Below the pieces are notes generated by a model. The model was not told the origin of the DNA and made no database searches. It worked only from the letters and a program-made list of their open reading frames with translations. From NCBI GenBank assembly GCA_963845755.1, contig CAWJTV010000028.1:96001-160000 (forward strand): a stretch of 64,000 bases of DNA. Reading direction: 5' to 3'. This document shows, in pieces, positions 45,593 through 56,831 of the stretch; position 1 is the first letter of the stretch; the number at the start of each line of letters is the position of its first letter. The translations under genes and the position numbers were made by a program. The stretch comes from an uncultured Planctomycetota bacterium (GTDB taxonomy: Bacteria > Planctomycetota > Planctomycetia > Isosphaerales > Isosphaeraceae).

Positions 45593-47568
45593 TCAGATGG
45601 GTGGGCGCGGGATCATCGACCCGAGCAACGTCAGGAGCTGTTTCTGATAGGCGGCAGCCACCTCGCCTGGGGCGCGATTGTCGCGGAGGAACAGGGCCAG
45701 CGCGTTGCGCAAATGGTTCAAAGTGGAGTCTCGCTCCGGCGCGTTCTTGAGGTCGCGAATCTCCGCGGGTCGGCCGCCAGGTCGTAAAGCTCCTCCGTAC
45801 CCCGGATATCGAGCAGGTAATGCAGGCCCTCGTCCACAACGGACGTCGTGAATCCCCGCTGGTTCGGCCCTCGGCCGCGCTGGGGGATGATCACCAAGGG
45901 GATATCGACCTCCGAGAGCGCTTTCGAGACGCGTCGATCGTCGCGGAGCCGCGCGGCGTCCGCCACGATTCCGCGAGCGAGCGGCCGGGGAAGGGCGAGC
46001 CGCCACCCAGTCCGATCAGGTCGACTACCGTCGCCGGCAGATCGCGGAGGCTGACCGGCTCGGATACCGTGCGACCGGCCGGCGCCGCCGACGAGATGAT
46101 CAGCAAGGGGACATGCACCTCTTGCGAGTACAGGCTGAAGCCGTGGTTGAACACGCCATGCTCGCCGAACTGCTCGCCGTGATCGGAAGTGATGATCACG
46201 AGCGTATCGCGGAGCACCTCGCGCCGTTCGAGCTCATCGAGGAGCGCGCCCACTCGCCGATCAAGGGCCGCGATGCAGTCGTCGTAGGAATCGCGAGCCA
46301 GCTCGATGTCCTGTTCGCTGAGCTTGAGCTTGTCCCGATCCCAGTATTCCACCAGCATGGCGTGGTCGCGGGACGACTCGGGGCGGAGCCCGAAATGTGT
46401 CCCCTCGTCCTGGGGCGGCAGGAACGGCTCATGCGCATCGAGATAGTTCAAGAACGCGAAGAAGGGCCGTCCGGAATCCCGTTGCCATGACAGCCAGTCC
46501 AGGAACGATTGGTTGATCCCGTGGGCATCCCGCGATAGGGATCGGATCCACTTGACGGCGTAATAGTCGCGAGGACTTCGCAAGTTCTCGAGCACCAACG
46601 GCCCGGAAGCGTGCTGCCCAGGACGGTCGTGGCGTGAGCGGATAGTCCTCGTAATGGATGAACCCCCGGTCCATGCCGGACTCGTAGCTGCACCAATGCG
46701 TATTGGCGGCGAACCCGGCGGTCAGATAACCGCGGGTGGCGAGGAACTCGGCGAGCGTGGGATAGGCCGGGTCAAGGTCGGCTCCCAGTGTGCGCCCAGG
46801 GTCGAGGGCCACTGGCCGGTCAGGAACGAGCAATGCGACGGGAACGTCCAAGGGGCGGGCGCCAGGCCCCAATCGAACCGCACGCCTTTCTTCGCCCATC
46901 GGTCCAACTGGGGCGTCGTCTCGCGGTGGTAGCCGTAGAGGCTCAGGCTGTCGGCGCGGACGGTGTCCATGACGATCAACAAGACGTTCTCGCGCCGGCA
47001 GGCGGACCGGCAGCCGCGCGATCGCCCGGGCTTCCGCCAGAGCTTCCCTCCGCAGAGAAACCGTGGCCGTCGACGACTACGAGGACAAGGATAGACAGAC
47101 TGTAGCCGGCAAAACGCCGGAACCCCGCGGCGTGCCGTGCGAGCCAGCGGCTCAACAACCGCGCGAATCCGATCGCGACGAACAGGCTCGCCACCCGTAG
47201 AACGGTATCCTCAGCATCGGCCCCCAGACCGCTACCGTGGCGAACAGAAAGACCGCGAATCGGCACGAGATCCTCCCAGGACGGAGCCGGTTCATCCCGG
47301 CGACCAGCAGTCCAGGAATCATCAAGATCGCCAGGTTCGCGAGCGGCACGGCCCAGCGGAAGTGCCTCCCCTGCTGGTAATACAAGGACGCATGGAATAG
47401 GTCCCGCTTCAAGAAGATCATCCCGAGATCCAGGTAACCGCCGACCAGGCCGAACCACGCGGCCAGTACGAGGGCGGCAATCCAGGATAGGGCGACGGTC
47501 GCCTGGGTCATCGCTTCGGGCTCGGTGCTACCGAGGTCAGGTTGCGTGGTCGTTCGCGGCGGATTCAT
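45593..47568 (-). CDS. Membrane-anchored sulfatase-like enzyme #4 (multiple frameshifts)
   Basis: TMs, LIVMDTVRAD, WTFPSHCSFLTG, YLDAHEPF, TSDHGE. Confidence 0.8.
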
Positions 47569-49564
47569 GGATTGAACCGTTGCGGCGTCAACGGGCCGGC
47601 CGTGAGGCGGCCAGGGCTTGCCGCATTTGTTCCAGGGTCGGCTGCATGGCCGGGTTGCCGGCGAGGTTGTGCAGCTCCTGCGGGTCGTCGCGCAAGTGGA
47701 AAAGCTCTTCGCGAACGTCTCCTTCCCGGCGGATGTAAGTCCAGTCGCCTTCGGGTCAATGCGACCAACGGCCATCGGGGCTTGAGCAATTGCGCGGGGT
47801 CCGGGTTGAGCCCGTCGAGCGGGACCACTTCGGAGAGCGCCGCATCGGTCGCGAGGCGGATCGTCGGGCGCCGCCGGGGATGATCGCTTGCTGAACCGGG
47901 CCAGCGACTCGCCCGGGAAAGGGAGATCCTTCTGGAGACCCAGTCCCTCGACGATCGTCGCCGCCAGGTCCCGGAGGCTCACCGGCTCGGTGACGATCCG
48001 TCTCGACGGGCTCCCTGCCGTGGCCGGTGGGACGATCAGAGGGGAACATGAAGCTCCGTCTGGTAGAGGCTCGTTCCGTGGCGGAACACGCCGGGATGTT
48101 CGCCGAAACTCTCGCCGTGGTCCGCGACGACGATGAGCCAGGTCCGGTCGAGGATGGCACGACGCTCGAGCTCGTCGATCAACCGTCCCAGTTGCTCATC
48201 GAGGTCCGCGACACAATCGTCGTAAGCGTCGCGAGCCAGAGCGATCTGCTGCCGGCGAAGGCCGGTTCTGCGGCCAGCAGCAACGTATCCTCGAATGGGG
48301 TCGATCTCATGGTCGTCGTCGGGCCTGACCCCCGAACCGATGGATGCCCATCTCCGGGAGCTGATAGGGATGGTGGGCGTCATAGTAATTCAGGAAGGCG
48401 AAAAAGGGCCGATCCGGTCTGGCGGCGAGACAGCCAGTCGAGGAACTCGCGATTGACGACCGCCGCCCCTTTGCGGTCGGAATTGAAAAGCCCACCAGAG
48501 TTGATTCACCGCGGGCTTCAGGAGATCGAAATCCAGCCGGTCTTCCAGGAAACGCTCGACCGCCTGGAGCCCGTCCACGGGACGATTGACCAGGACGGCC
48601 GCCTTGAACGCAGTGAGCCGCGGAAAGATGTAGTCTCGATAGACGGTAAAACCCCGGTCCAGTCCGGAGTCGGACGCACAATACCAGTAATTGGCGGCGA
48701 AACCGGCCGTCGCATAACCGTGCGCCCCCAGGATACTCGGCCAGGGTCGGATACGGTCCCGTCGAGGGGCGTGATCCAGCCGGCGGAAAGCTCGTGAGGC
48801 CATCGTCCTGTAAACATGCTTGCATGGGATGGCAGCGTCCACGATGAGGTCGCCTGCACGCGATCGAAGCGAATGCCGCGGGTCGCCAGCTCATCGATCG
48901 TCGGGCTGGTGGGACGGTCGTAGCCGTAGAGGCTCAGATGGTCCGCGGCGACCGTGTCCAGCACGATCAAGAGCACGTTGGGGCTCCCGGCGGCGGTAAC
49001 GGCCGCCCCGCCTCGCGCCACTCCTTGATCCGGTCCTGCCCCCAGAGCGATGCCGCCAGCAAGGGAACCAGACCGGCGACGACGGGGAAGCTGAGCCGGA
49101 CGAGCCGCCGGAAGCCGGCGGCACGCCGTTCGAGTAGCGGGACCAGCCGCGTCGCGATACCCAGGGCCAGGAGGAACCCGGCGGGACCGAAAATCCGCGG
49201 AGAGGCCGCCCAGATCGGGGGAAGCAGGGTCAAGGTGCAAAGCAACCGCGGTGCCAGCCAACGGCCGCGGCGGCCCCACACGACGAGCAGCGACAGCAAC
49301 ACGCCCAGCGGTGAGGAAGATCAAGAGATCGGTCAGCGGGACCAGCCAGACAAAATGGCGGCTCATCCAGTAGAGATGATTCAAGTCGAACGTTCGCTTG
49401 CGCAGTACGGTGACTCCGACCTCGAGCAGGCCCGCGACCAGCCCGCACCAGGCCGAGAGGAGCAGAAAGCGCCAAGAGCCCAGTCCATCCGCGGTAAGAT
49501 CCTCGGATCGCGAACCGGCTGGGCTGGCCTCCTCGAAGACAGCGATCCGACTCGACATCAGCAT
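47565..49564 (-). CDS. Membrane-anchored sulfatase-like enzyme #5 (multiple frameshifts), close paralog of #1
   Basis: LLLSAWCGLVAGLLEV, PNVLLIVLDT, WTLPSHASMFTG, YYDAHHPY, ADHGE; ends RLTAGPLTPQRFNP (cf. RLTGGPLVPGRFSK in #1). Confidence 0.8.
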
Positions 49565-49824
49565 CAGCCCATCGAGAGATAGGGAATCCAGCGCGGGGTG
49601 AATGCATCATGCCAAAGGACCTGTGGGGAGTCAAGGCTCCCAGGCAGCGATCAGTGCTGAGAAATCCGCCCCTCGGGCGGTCGGCCGGCACGCGGAAGCC
49701 GCGTGGATGGCGACCGAGGGCCGGCAAAGGCCGTAAGGGGACGGGCTCGAAGGCGGCTTCGTGCGACCGCTATCAGACCTGAAGAACCCGGCTGAACCTG
49801 GAACACGCCCACCCGCACCGGCGG

Positions 49825-51510
49825 CTAACTGCTGTCAGTCGGATCTGGATCGGCCCGGCTCCGGCAGCTTGGAGCACGTCGGCCAGTGTCGAAACCGCAG
49901 GCTCTCCAACAATCGTTGCGCATGTTCTTCAACGAGCCGAACAGCTCCACGGCCGTTCGCTTCCCTGCTCTTGGGCCAGGTGCCGCAACAGGCTCCCTTC
50001 TCCACAGTTGCAACAGCAGATGGGGGTAGGAACGGAAATCGTCGGCCGGCCAGCATCTGTGGCTGTAGGCATGTTCCAGGTTCAGGCCACTGTTCTTGTG
50101 GGGTTCAATTGCACGTTCTGCTCGCGCCAGCGTGCCTCCCTCCGTTGGTCGCTACTTCACCACAGTCTCGTGGCTCAAATCCAGAGAGGTCACCCACGAC
50201 CATTCCGTCTGCTTCCCTCCTTGCATCTTGGTGCACTCCAGAGCGTTGATGGTCCAGTCCCGACCATCACTGTCCCTGTAGTGCAGGCCGTTGGATCCAG
50301 CATAGACCTGCCGGACCCTTGCGGCGTATCCGTTCCACGCGCTGGTCGGGACGCAACCGCAGCAACCCCTGGAAATCCTCCCAGAGGGCGGGAAGTCGTC
50401 CAGGCTGAAACGTGTAAATGTAGTCGCATCGATAATCTTGGCGACCTAGGAATCCTTCTCCGCAGGCATACAGGCCGTCACCGCCGAGGCAAATCCGCAA
50501 CTGCGGGAACTCGATCCGCAACTTCTCCACCAGGCGTCGCAAGGCCTTCAACTCGCAATCCTGCTTGATCCGTTCCGCGCTGGCACCGCTGGGGCACTGG
50601 CGACGTCGTGGTTGTCGATGAACTCACTGGCGATCGAGATGACCGTGCCGGCGCCAGCACCTTGGCCTCCAGCACCTGGTGCATATATAGCGTCGTCTCA
50701 CCGTGCCGCTGGGTAGGCAATCGTCGCAATGCCGGGAGTGAAACACCAGATAGCCGAGCCGTCAATCAAGACGACGAACCACCCTGCAGCCGCACCGCGT
50801 CGAGCCTTGATGCGGATCAACCGCTGGACCATCCGCTGCCGCAACCCGGCGATGGGGTCGGGGCCGATTTTCCCCAGGAAGTACTCCAAGGTCTGGTTCA
50901 CCGGCCGGCTCTACTTCACAGTACCCGCAGACGATTGAGATTGGGCAGGACCTCCGGGCCGTCGGTGTTCAACTGGTAGTCCAGTTGGCGCCGGCTGCTC
51001 AACTTGCACAGGAACAAACTCAGCCCCCACCACAGCAGGAACCGCTTGTGGTAGATCACCAAGGGGGCAAACGCGGGTCATGGATCGCATCGATCCAGGT
51101 GTTGAGATCGGGGAAGAAGTGACCCAGGGTTCGCACCGGGATAAGTCCGATGTTCAGCGTCGTCCCCGCCGCCGCTTTCGGTGCGAGACGTGGCCCTGGA
51201 TCAAGGCCAGGGTCAACTGGCTGATTTCGTGGATGAGGCCTTTGAGACGTTGGTGTTTATTGCACCCATTCTTGGACCTCCGTGAGCAGGTCCTGGGGCA
51301 CATACACCGTGCGAGTTTTTACCCCCCTCCGAGAAGGTGAGGTGGTGGGCGGAGTGCAACGGGCCACCGTGGTGGCAGGCCGGAGGGCTGGCCGCAACGT
51401 TTCTGCACCTGGGCCAGGCTGGCCGCCAGGAGCGGCCCAGCCGGAGCCAGTTGCTTGAGGCGGCGGTCGAGCATCCGACGGACCAGCGTGGGGTGGCTCG
51501 GCACATGCAT
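49825..51510 (-). mobile_element. Degraded insertion sequence: small Cys/His accessory ORF (DUF6788-like) plus DDE-type transposase fragments
   Basis: KRCGQPS..CHHGGPLH..KTRTVYVP; then DPR, LIDGS, HQVLEAK, KQDCELKA, GDGLYA, LNLEHAYS in shifting frames; ends not defined. Confidence 0.7.
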
Positions 51511-51784
51511 CGATGGGCCCCTGGAACTTCCGGTAAGTGGACCTTATACCGGGAAAGGCCCGAAAAGTCATGAGGTGGAAGAAAAAAATTGAGGGCCTAG
51601 GATGGTCGGGCAATTCAACAGAGGTTCTACTCGGGACTTACGCTGCCGTCAAGGTGCGACAAATTCCCCAATTCCTCAGAGCTGGGCAGCGATTCGCGTT
51701 GCTCACCCCGGCCTGAAGGGGACATACTGGTCAAGGGAGGCGAAAGCTCGGGCGGTCTGAAAACCTGGTGGCGAGGCAGAGTGA

Positions 51785-53153
51785 ATGAGCAGGAATGCGC
51801 GGTGGTGGCTGATCGTCTTGCTGGCCGTCGTCGTTGGATCGATCTGGACAGGCTGGAAAGCTTGGGAGATCCGGCGCGATCGGAAGGCCATGGCGGACGT
51901 CCGGAAGGGATCCAGGAGCGGAGACACGGCACCGCCGCGCGCGAAAGTTGAACGCGATGCTGACACGGGAACCTGGCTGGGGAGAGGCGGCCTACCTCCT
52001 GGGAACCTGTGAACAGGCAGCGGGGTCGGGAACAGGCCGCCAAAGAAGCCTGGATTCGAGTGTCGATGGATTCTCCGTTTGCGCCTCGGGCGATACAGGC
52101 CCTGATGGATCTGGAGGTGCGAAGCGGGCGGCTCGCCGACGCCGAGCAGCTGATCCTACGGGCGATGAATGATCCTCGGATTGATGGATCCGGCTTGCCA
52201 CTTTACCTGGGACCCATCTACACGCTGCAAGGTCGCGGCGAGGAGGCGGAGCGGTCGGTCGAGGCGCGATGGGACCATTTGAACGCCCTGGGACAAGGAG
52301 CTTCCGAGAAGGCGATCAACCTGGCTCGGTTGCACAACGAACTCCAACACAATACTTTGCCGGTCGATCTGATCCGGACTTTCCTGGATCAGTCCGGTAA
52401 GTCGGCGCCGGAAGACGATCGAGTCTGGCTGGGGCGGGCCAACCTGGCGATCCGCGTCGGTGCTTACAGCGACGCGGCGCGGTGGCTCGATGCCTGCTTG
52501 CGGCGGCGCCCGCGGATCTCCCAGTCTCGCGCGCCCGGCTAAGGTGGGCCATGGCGACGAACCGTATCGCCGAGGCGAGGGAAGCTCGTGAAGCATCTTC
52601 CGGTCGAGGAGGCGACGCCTGCCCAGATCCCAAAACTGTCGGCCTGGCTCGCCAATCGTCGCGGGGATCGCGTGTCGGAGCAGCGCGCCCTGGAACGACT
52701 CATCGAGGCCGATCCCATCGATTTCGCGGCCCTTGACCGACTGGCCGGACTGGCCATCGAGGAGGGCCGTCCTGCTCAGGCATCCGATCTGCAACGCCGG
52801 AAGACCGAGATCCTTCAACTTCAGAATCGATACCAGGCACTCTATCAGCATAACCAGCCGATTCGCAATGCGGAGCAGATGGCCGGGCTGGCCGTGCGAC
52901 TCGGCCGTGGTTTCGAGGCTCGCGTGTTCGGAACTCTGGCCGTCGCGGCAGACCCTCACCGCGATGATTTACGGCGCCAACTCACCAGGCTCAACCAACA
53001 GGTTCAAACGGGCGATGCGAGGGGGCAAACATGGAGGATGTGCTCGCCGCCGAGTTCGAATCCGTCACGACCTCCTCACCCTCAACGCGCTCGCCCTCAT
53101 CAACTCGGGACGTCTCGCTGGCCCCGACTCCGCGTACCGACATCCCCGAATGA
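51785..53153 (+). CDS. Membrane-anchored TPR protein (several frameshifts), paralog of 15288..16567
   Basis: TM, AAYLLGTCE, EARWDHLNA, PEDDRVWLGRANLAIR, NQPIRNAEQMAGLA. Confidence 0.78.
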
Positions 53154-53204
53154 CCCAAGCGGGCGTATCCCGGCAGACGACAACTCATCGTCGTCCGAGA
53201 GCGA

Positions 53205-53453
53205 TCAGGCGGTTCGCCGGACCTGTCGATTCTCATCGCCCTGCCCGCTGGCCGACTCCGTCTGGTTCCCGCTGCTAATCGTTTCACCCTTAGATCGTTC
53301 GAAGCCCTTCTTCAGATTCCTCGAACTCGTATGGAAGCATCGCGCAATGAAGCGGAACGGTGCGCGACCGACCATCATGATGAAACCCATGGCAGCCGCC
53401 AGCAACGAGGCGACAGGAAGGACAACCTCCGGAGAGAAGTAAGCGAGAATCAT
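53205..53453 (-). CDS. Small single-TM peptide
   Basis: MILAYFSPEVVLPVASLLAAAMGFIMMVG followed by a basic segment. Confidence 0.55.
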   Translation of the reverse strand: MILAYFSPEVVLPVASLLAAAMGFIMMVGRAPFRFIARCFHTSSRNLKKGFERSKGETISSGNQTESASGQGDENRQVRRTA

Positions 53454-53723
53454 GAGAAGCGTCTCACGTGTCGGTGGCGACCTGGGCCTTGATCGCGTCG
53501 CCATCGGGTGACTGGCAGCGATCGCCCAGGTTTTTTCTGGAGTTTCCGGAGGTAGTGAACGCCGGTGATGGGCTACAAGGCGGCATTTCGAATGATCGCG
53601 AAATCGCGACAGCAGTCATCCGAAGTGCTTCTAAATTCATGGATATAGACTATCAAACGGTCGGGTGGCCAGCAAGGTTTCCAGATACGAGTCCGGTGTC
53701 ATTCCTTATCGGTCCAGTTCGGC

Positions 53724-55008
53724 TCACCGAGGCGTGGTCGGATTCATTCGGTCCTTCGATGAGGGAGACGGGGAGTTCGTTTCCGACCCGGACGGATTGA
53801 GTCGAGCCAGTGCCTGCTGCGCCTGCGCGTCCAGCGGATCACGACCGATTGCCAGCCGATACCAGACGCGAGCCTGCTCGCAGAGCTTCATCGACTCGCA
53901 GATTTCGCCGAGCTTATCGAAAAGCTTTCGGTCGGTATCTAGAGTGGTGACGGAGTCTTTGATCGTCCGCTTCAACTGGTCATGGTAGGAGGCGGCCTGG
54001 AGGAACTCCTTGAACTGGGGGTCGCCAAGAGCCTGCAGCGCCACGCCCAGGCCATGGATCGCGTCGCGGTCGGTCGGGTCCTGTCGGAGGACGGCCCGAA
54101 ACGCGTCGGCGGCCCGCCGCGGGTCGTTTCCTTGCAGTGCCAATCGGCCGCGGAAGAGGATGAGCCGAAGGTGGTCCTCGGGGCCTTCCTGGATTAGCTT
54201 TTCCGCGGTTTCGCGGTCGCCTCGGTCGATGGCGAGCTGGGCTCGCAGGGCACGGGCTTCCGGGTCGGAATTCGGAAGAGGCTCCATCGCGGCTTCGGCC
54301 TTGTCGAGATCGGAGGTCATCGCATAACCGGTCGCCAGCGCCAGCCGCGAGTACCTGTCCGTGGGGTCCTCGGCGACGAACGGGATCAAGACCTTGCGCC
54401 GCCCCGGGCACATCCCAGAGTCCGCAATCATTCTGACTCCAGGCGAAAGCCAGGGTGTAGTCCAGCAGCATGAGCCGATCGAGCGCGCGGAACTGGGTGT
54501 CGCAGTCCGCCTTCCGGCGCTGAACCGCATAGAGGTAGGCCAGTTCGCGATGGGACTGGATCTGGTCGGGGTTGAGCGCCATCGCGTGGAGATAGGCCGC
54601 CTCCGCCGCTCGCGCGTGGTGCCGCGCCAGCTCGATCTGACCGGCCTTGAGCCAGGCCTGGGCGGCGATCGGTTCGGAATCCGGGATGTGCTTCAGATGA
54701 GCCAAAGCCTGGTCCGACCGCCCCTGCGCCGCGTCCACACGGGCGCGGAGCATCCAGTCCAGCGGTGTCGGCGGAGCCTCAGTCGCCCGGCGGTCCAGCA
54801 GGGTCAGGGCCTGCTCGAATCGTCCGGCGTTGAACTCGGCCAGAGCCTCGCTTAGTAGGCCGAGACGAGCCGGGTCACGATCGGGTTCGCGCCGCCATCG
54901 TCGTAGGGCCGCGACGCCCCCGATCGCCACTGCGACGACAAGAAAGACGAGTAGCAGGACCCCTCGGATTCGACGTCCCGTCTTCAAATTGCCCCGACCC
55001 GCTCCCAT
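53724..55008 (-). CDS. Membrane-anchored TPR protein (frameshift ~54420)
   Basis: TM then TPR-like helices across ORFs 53980..55101 and 53724..54530; GGAGG RBS. Confidence 0.8.
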
Positions 55009-55030
55009 GTCCACCTCCCGTCCCGGGTCC

Positions 55031-55972
55031 TCATCGTTCGCCGTCCGGTCCGCTGATCTCAACCTCGACACGTTGACCGAGTTTGAGCGGGGTCGGCTCA
55101 AGGAGGGAGATCTTCACGATCAGGACGCGCGTATCGGCCGGTCGGCCAGGATCCGCCGGGCGTGTCTGCCTGGGGACGACGATGGGGGAGATCTGCTCAA
55201 CCTGACCGCGCCAGCCGCGCCCCTGATACCCTTCGGCGGTAATGGTCGCGCGACCTTGCTGGCTGATTCGCGGGATGTCGAACTCGTCAACCTCCGCTTC
55301 GACACGGAGCCGGGTCAGGTCGACAATGGTGACCAGCGAAGTAGCCGGGCTGACGGTCTCGCCGGGATCCGCATGACGCGCAACGATGACTCCGGCGATA
55401 GGGGCCAGGATGCGGTACTTGGCAGCTTCGGCTTCGAGGCGATCTACGGCTGCGCGTGCGGCATCGCGACGGGCGACGGCGAGCGTCTGGGTCTCCTGAC
55501 GCGACTTCGCCATCCAGGGCTGGGCCTCTCCGCCCGAGGGGAAGGGCAGAATCCGATCCAGTCGCGACCTCGCCTGCTCCAATCGGAGTCCCACCTCGGC
55601 CTCGAGAAGGCGCAAGTGCGCCTCACGGAGCGACGCGCGCACATCGTCGGAACGCAACTCCACCAAGAGGTCTCCCTTGTGGACGATCGCGTTCTCACGC
55701 GCCGGCATGCCCACGATCGTTCCGAGCACCTCCGTCCCCACCGTCACCTCGGCGCCGGGGTAGGCCGAAACCCGGCCCTCGGCCATCACCCGGCCGGTTG
55801 AAGACCCCGGCGGCGCGGCCTGGGTTCCTTCCTCCATCACGCTGACAGTCCGGGTCGAGCCGGATTTGGTCCCGACCGCAGCGCCCTGCACCCAGTGCCA
55901 GGCCAGGGCGAGTGCCAGAAGTCCAGCGGTCGCCGGGAGTACGACCCGGCCCAAGATCATCGATATCGACAT
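55031..55972 (-). CDS. HlyD/RND-family periplasmic adaptor
   Basis: VHKGDLLVEL, ILAPIAGVI, PGETV, VDEFDI, LKLGQRVEV. Confidence 0.9.
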   Translation of the reverse strand: MSISMILGRVVLPATAGLLALALAWHWVQGAAVGTKSGSTRTVSVMEEGTQAAPPGSSTGRVMAEGRVSAYPGAEVTVGTEVLGTIVGMPARENAIVHKGDLLVELRSDDVRASLREAHLRLLEAEVGLRLEQARSRLDRILPFPSGGEAQPWMAKSRQETQTLAVARRDAARAAVDRLEAEAAKYRILAPIAGVIVARHADPGETVSPATSLVTIVDLTRLRVEAEVDEFDIPRISQQGRATITAEGYQGRGWRGQVEQISPIVVPRQTRPADPGRPADTRVLIVKISLLEPTPLKLGQRVEVEISGPDGER

Positions 55973-56110
55973 CGGTTCGTTGATATCCCCGTCCGTCGTT
56001 CCCCGTGCACACCCGCATGGACGCGTCCTGACTTCTGCATGACCAATCCGAAGAGCTTCATCATAATCGCCCCGGAGCTGGAAGACACTCCGAGAGTTGG
56101 ATCGGTGAGG

Positions 56111-56803
56111 TCAGGGATCCGCCTCGGTCGCGCCAGGGAACAATCGCCCGTCGCGGATCGTCACGACCCGGTCGGCGATCGACCGGACGCGCGGATCGTG
56201 AGTGACGATTACCAGCGTGCGATCCTCTGAGCGGGCCAGGTCGCGGAAGAGGCTCAGGACGCGATTGCCGCTTTCCGAGTCGAGATTACCGGTCGGCTCG
56301 TCGGCCAGGAGTACACTTGCCGGGCCAGCCAACGCCCGTGCCACGGCGACCCGTTGTCGTTGGCCGCCTGAGAGGTCGCGGGGCCGAAAGTCTTTGCGAT
56401 CGCCGAGTCCCACGGAATCGAGCACGCGCTCCGCCTCTCGACGGGCTTTCGGGCCCGTCCAGCCCTTCAGGTTCAATCCGTACTGGACATTTTCCGAGGC
56501 CGTCAACGCCCCGAAGAGATTGAACTGCTGAAACACGAAACCGATCGAGTTCTGGCGGAGGTGTCGGAGCTGATCGGGCCGTCGCAGATCGACTTCCTGG
56601 CCATCGATCACGATCCGGCCCGCGCTGGGGGTCAGCAAGCAGCCCAGGACGCACAGCAGAGTCGTCTTACCCGAGCCCGATGGCCCCTCGATGGCGACAA
56701 TCTCGCCGCGCGACACGGTCAGCGAGACCCCACGGAGCGCCGGCACCTCATGATGACCTTCACGGTAGATCTTCGTCACCTCGTGGGCCTCGAGTACGGT
56801 CAT
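56111..56803 (-). CDS. ABC transporter ATP-binding protein (LolD/DevA-like)
   Basis: GPSGSGKTT, FVFQQFNL, LSGGQRQR, ADEPT, VTHD. Confidence 0.95.
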   Translation of the reverse strand: MTVLEAHEVTKIYREGHHEVPALRGVSLTVSRGEIVAIEGPSGSGKTTLLCVLGCLLTPSAGRIVIDGQEVDLRRPDQLRHLRQNSIGFVFQQFNLFGALTASENVQYGLNLKGWTGPKARREAERVLDSVGLGDRKDFRPRDLSGGQRQRVAVARALAGPASVLLADEPTGNLDSESGNRVLSLFRDLARSEDRTLVIVTHDPRVRSIADRVVTIRDGRLFPGATEADP

Positions 56804-56831
56804 GAAGCGTTCCCCTCCCTCCCTGGTCGGT

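Noticed and set aside
49640..51700. Possible terminal inverted repeats of the IS
   Set aside because: Only short partial matches; cannot be supported by eye.
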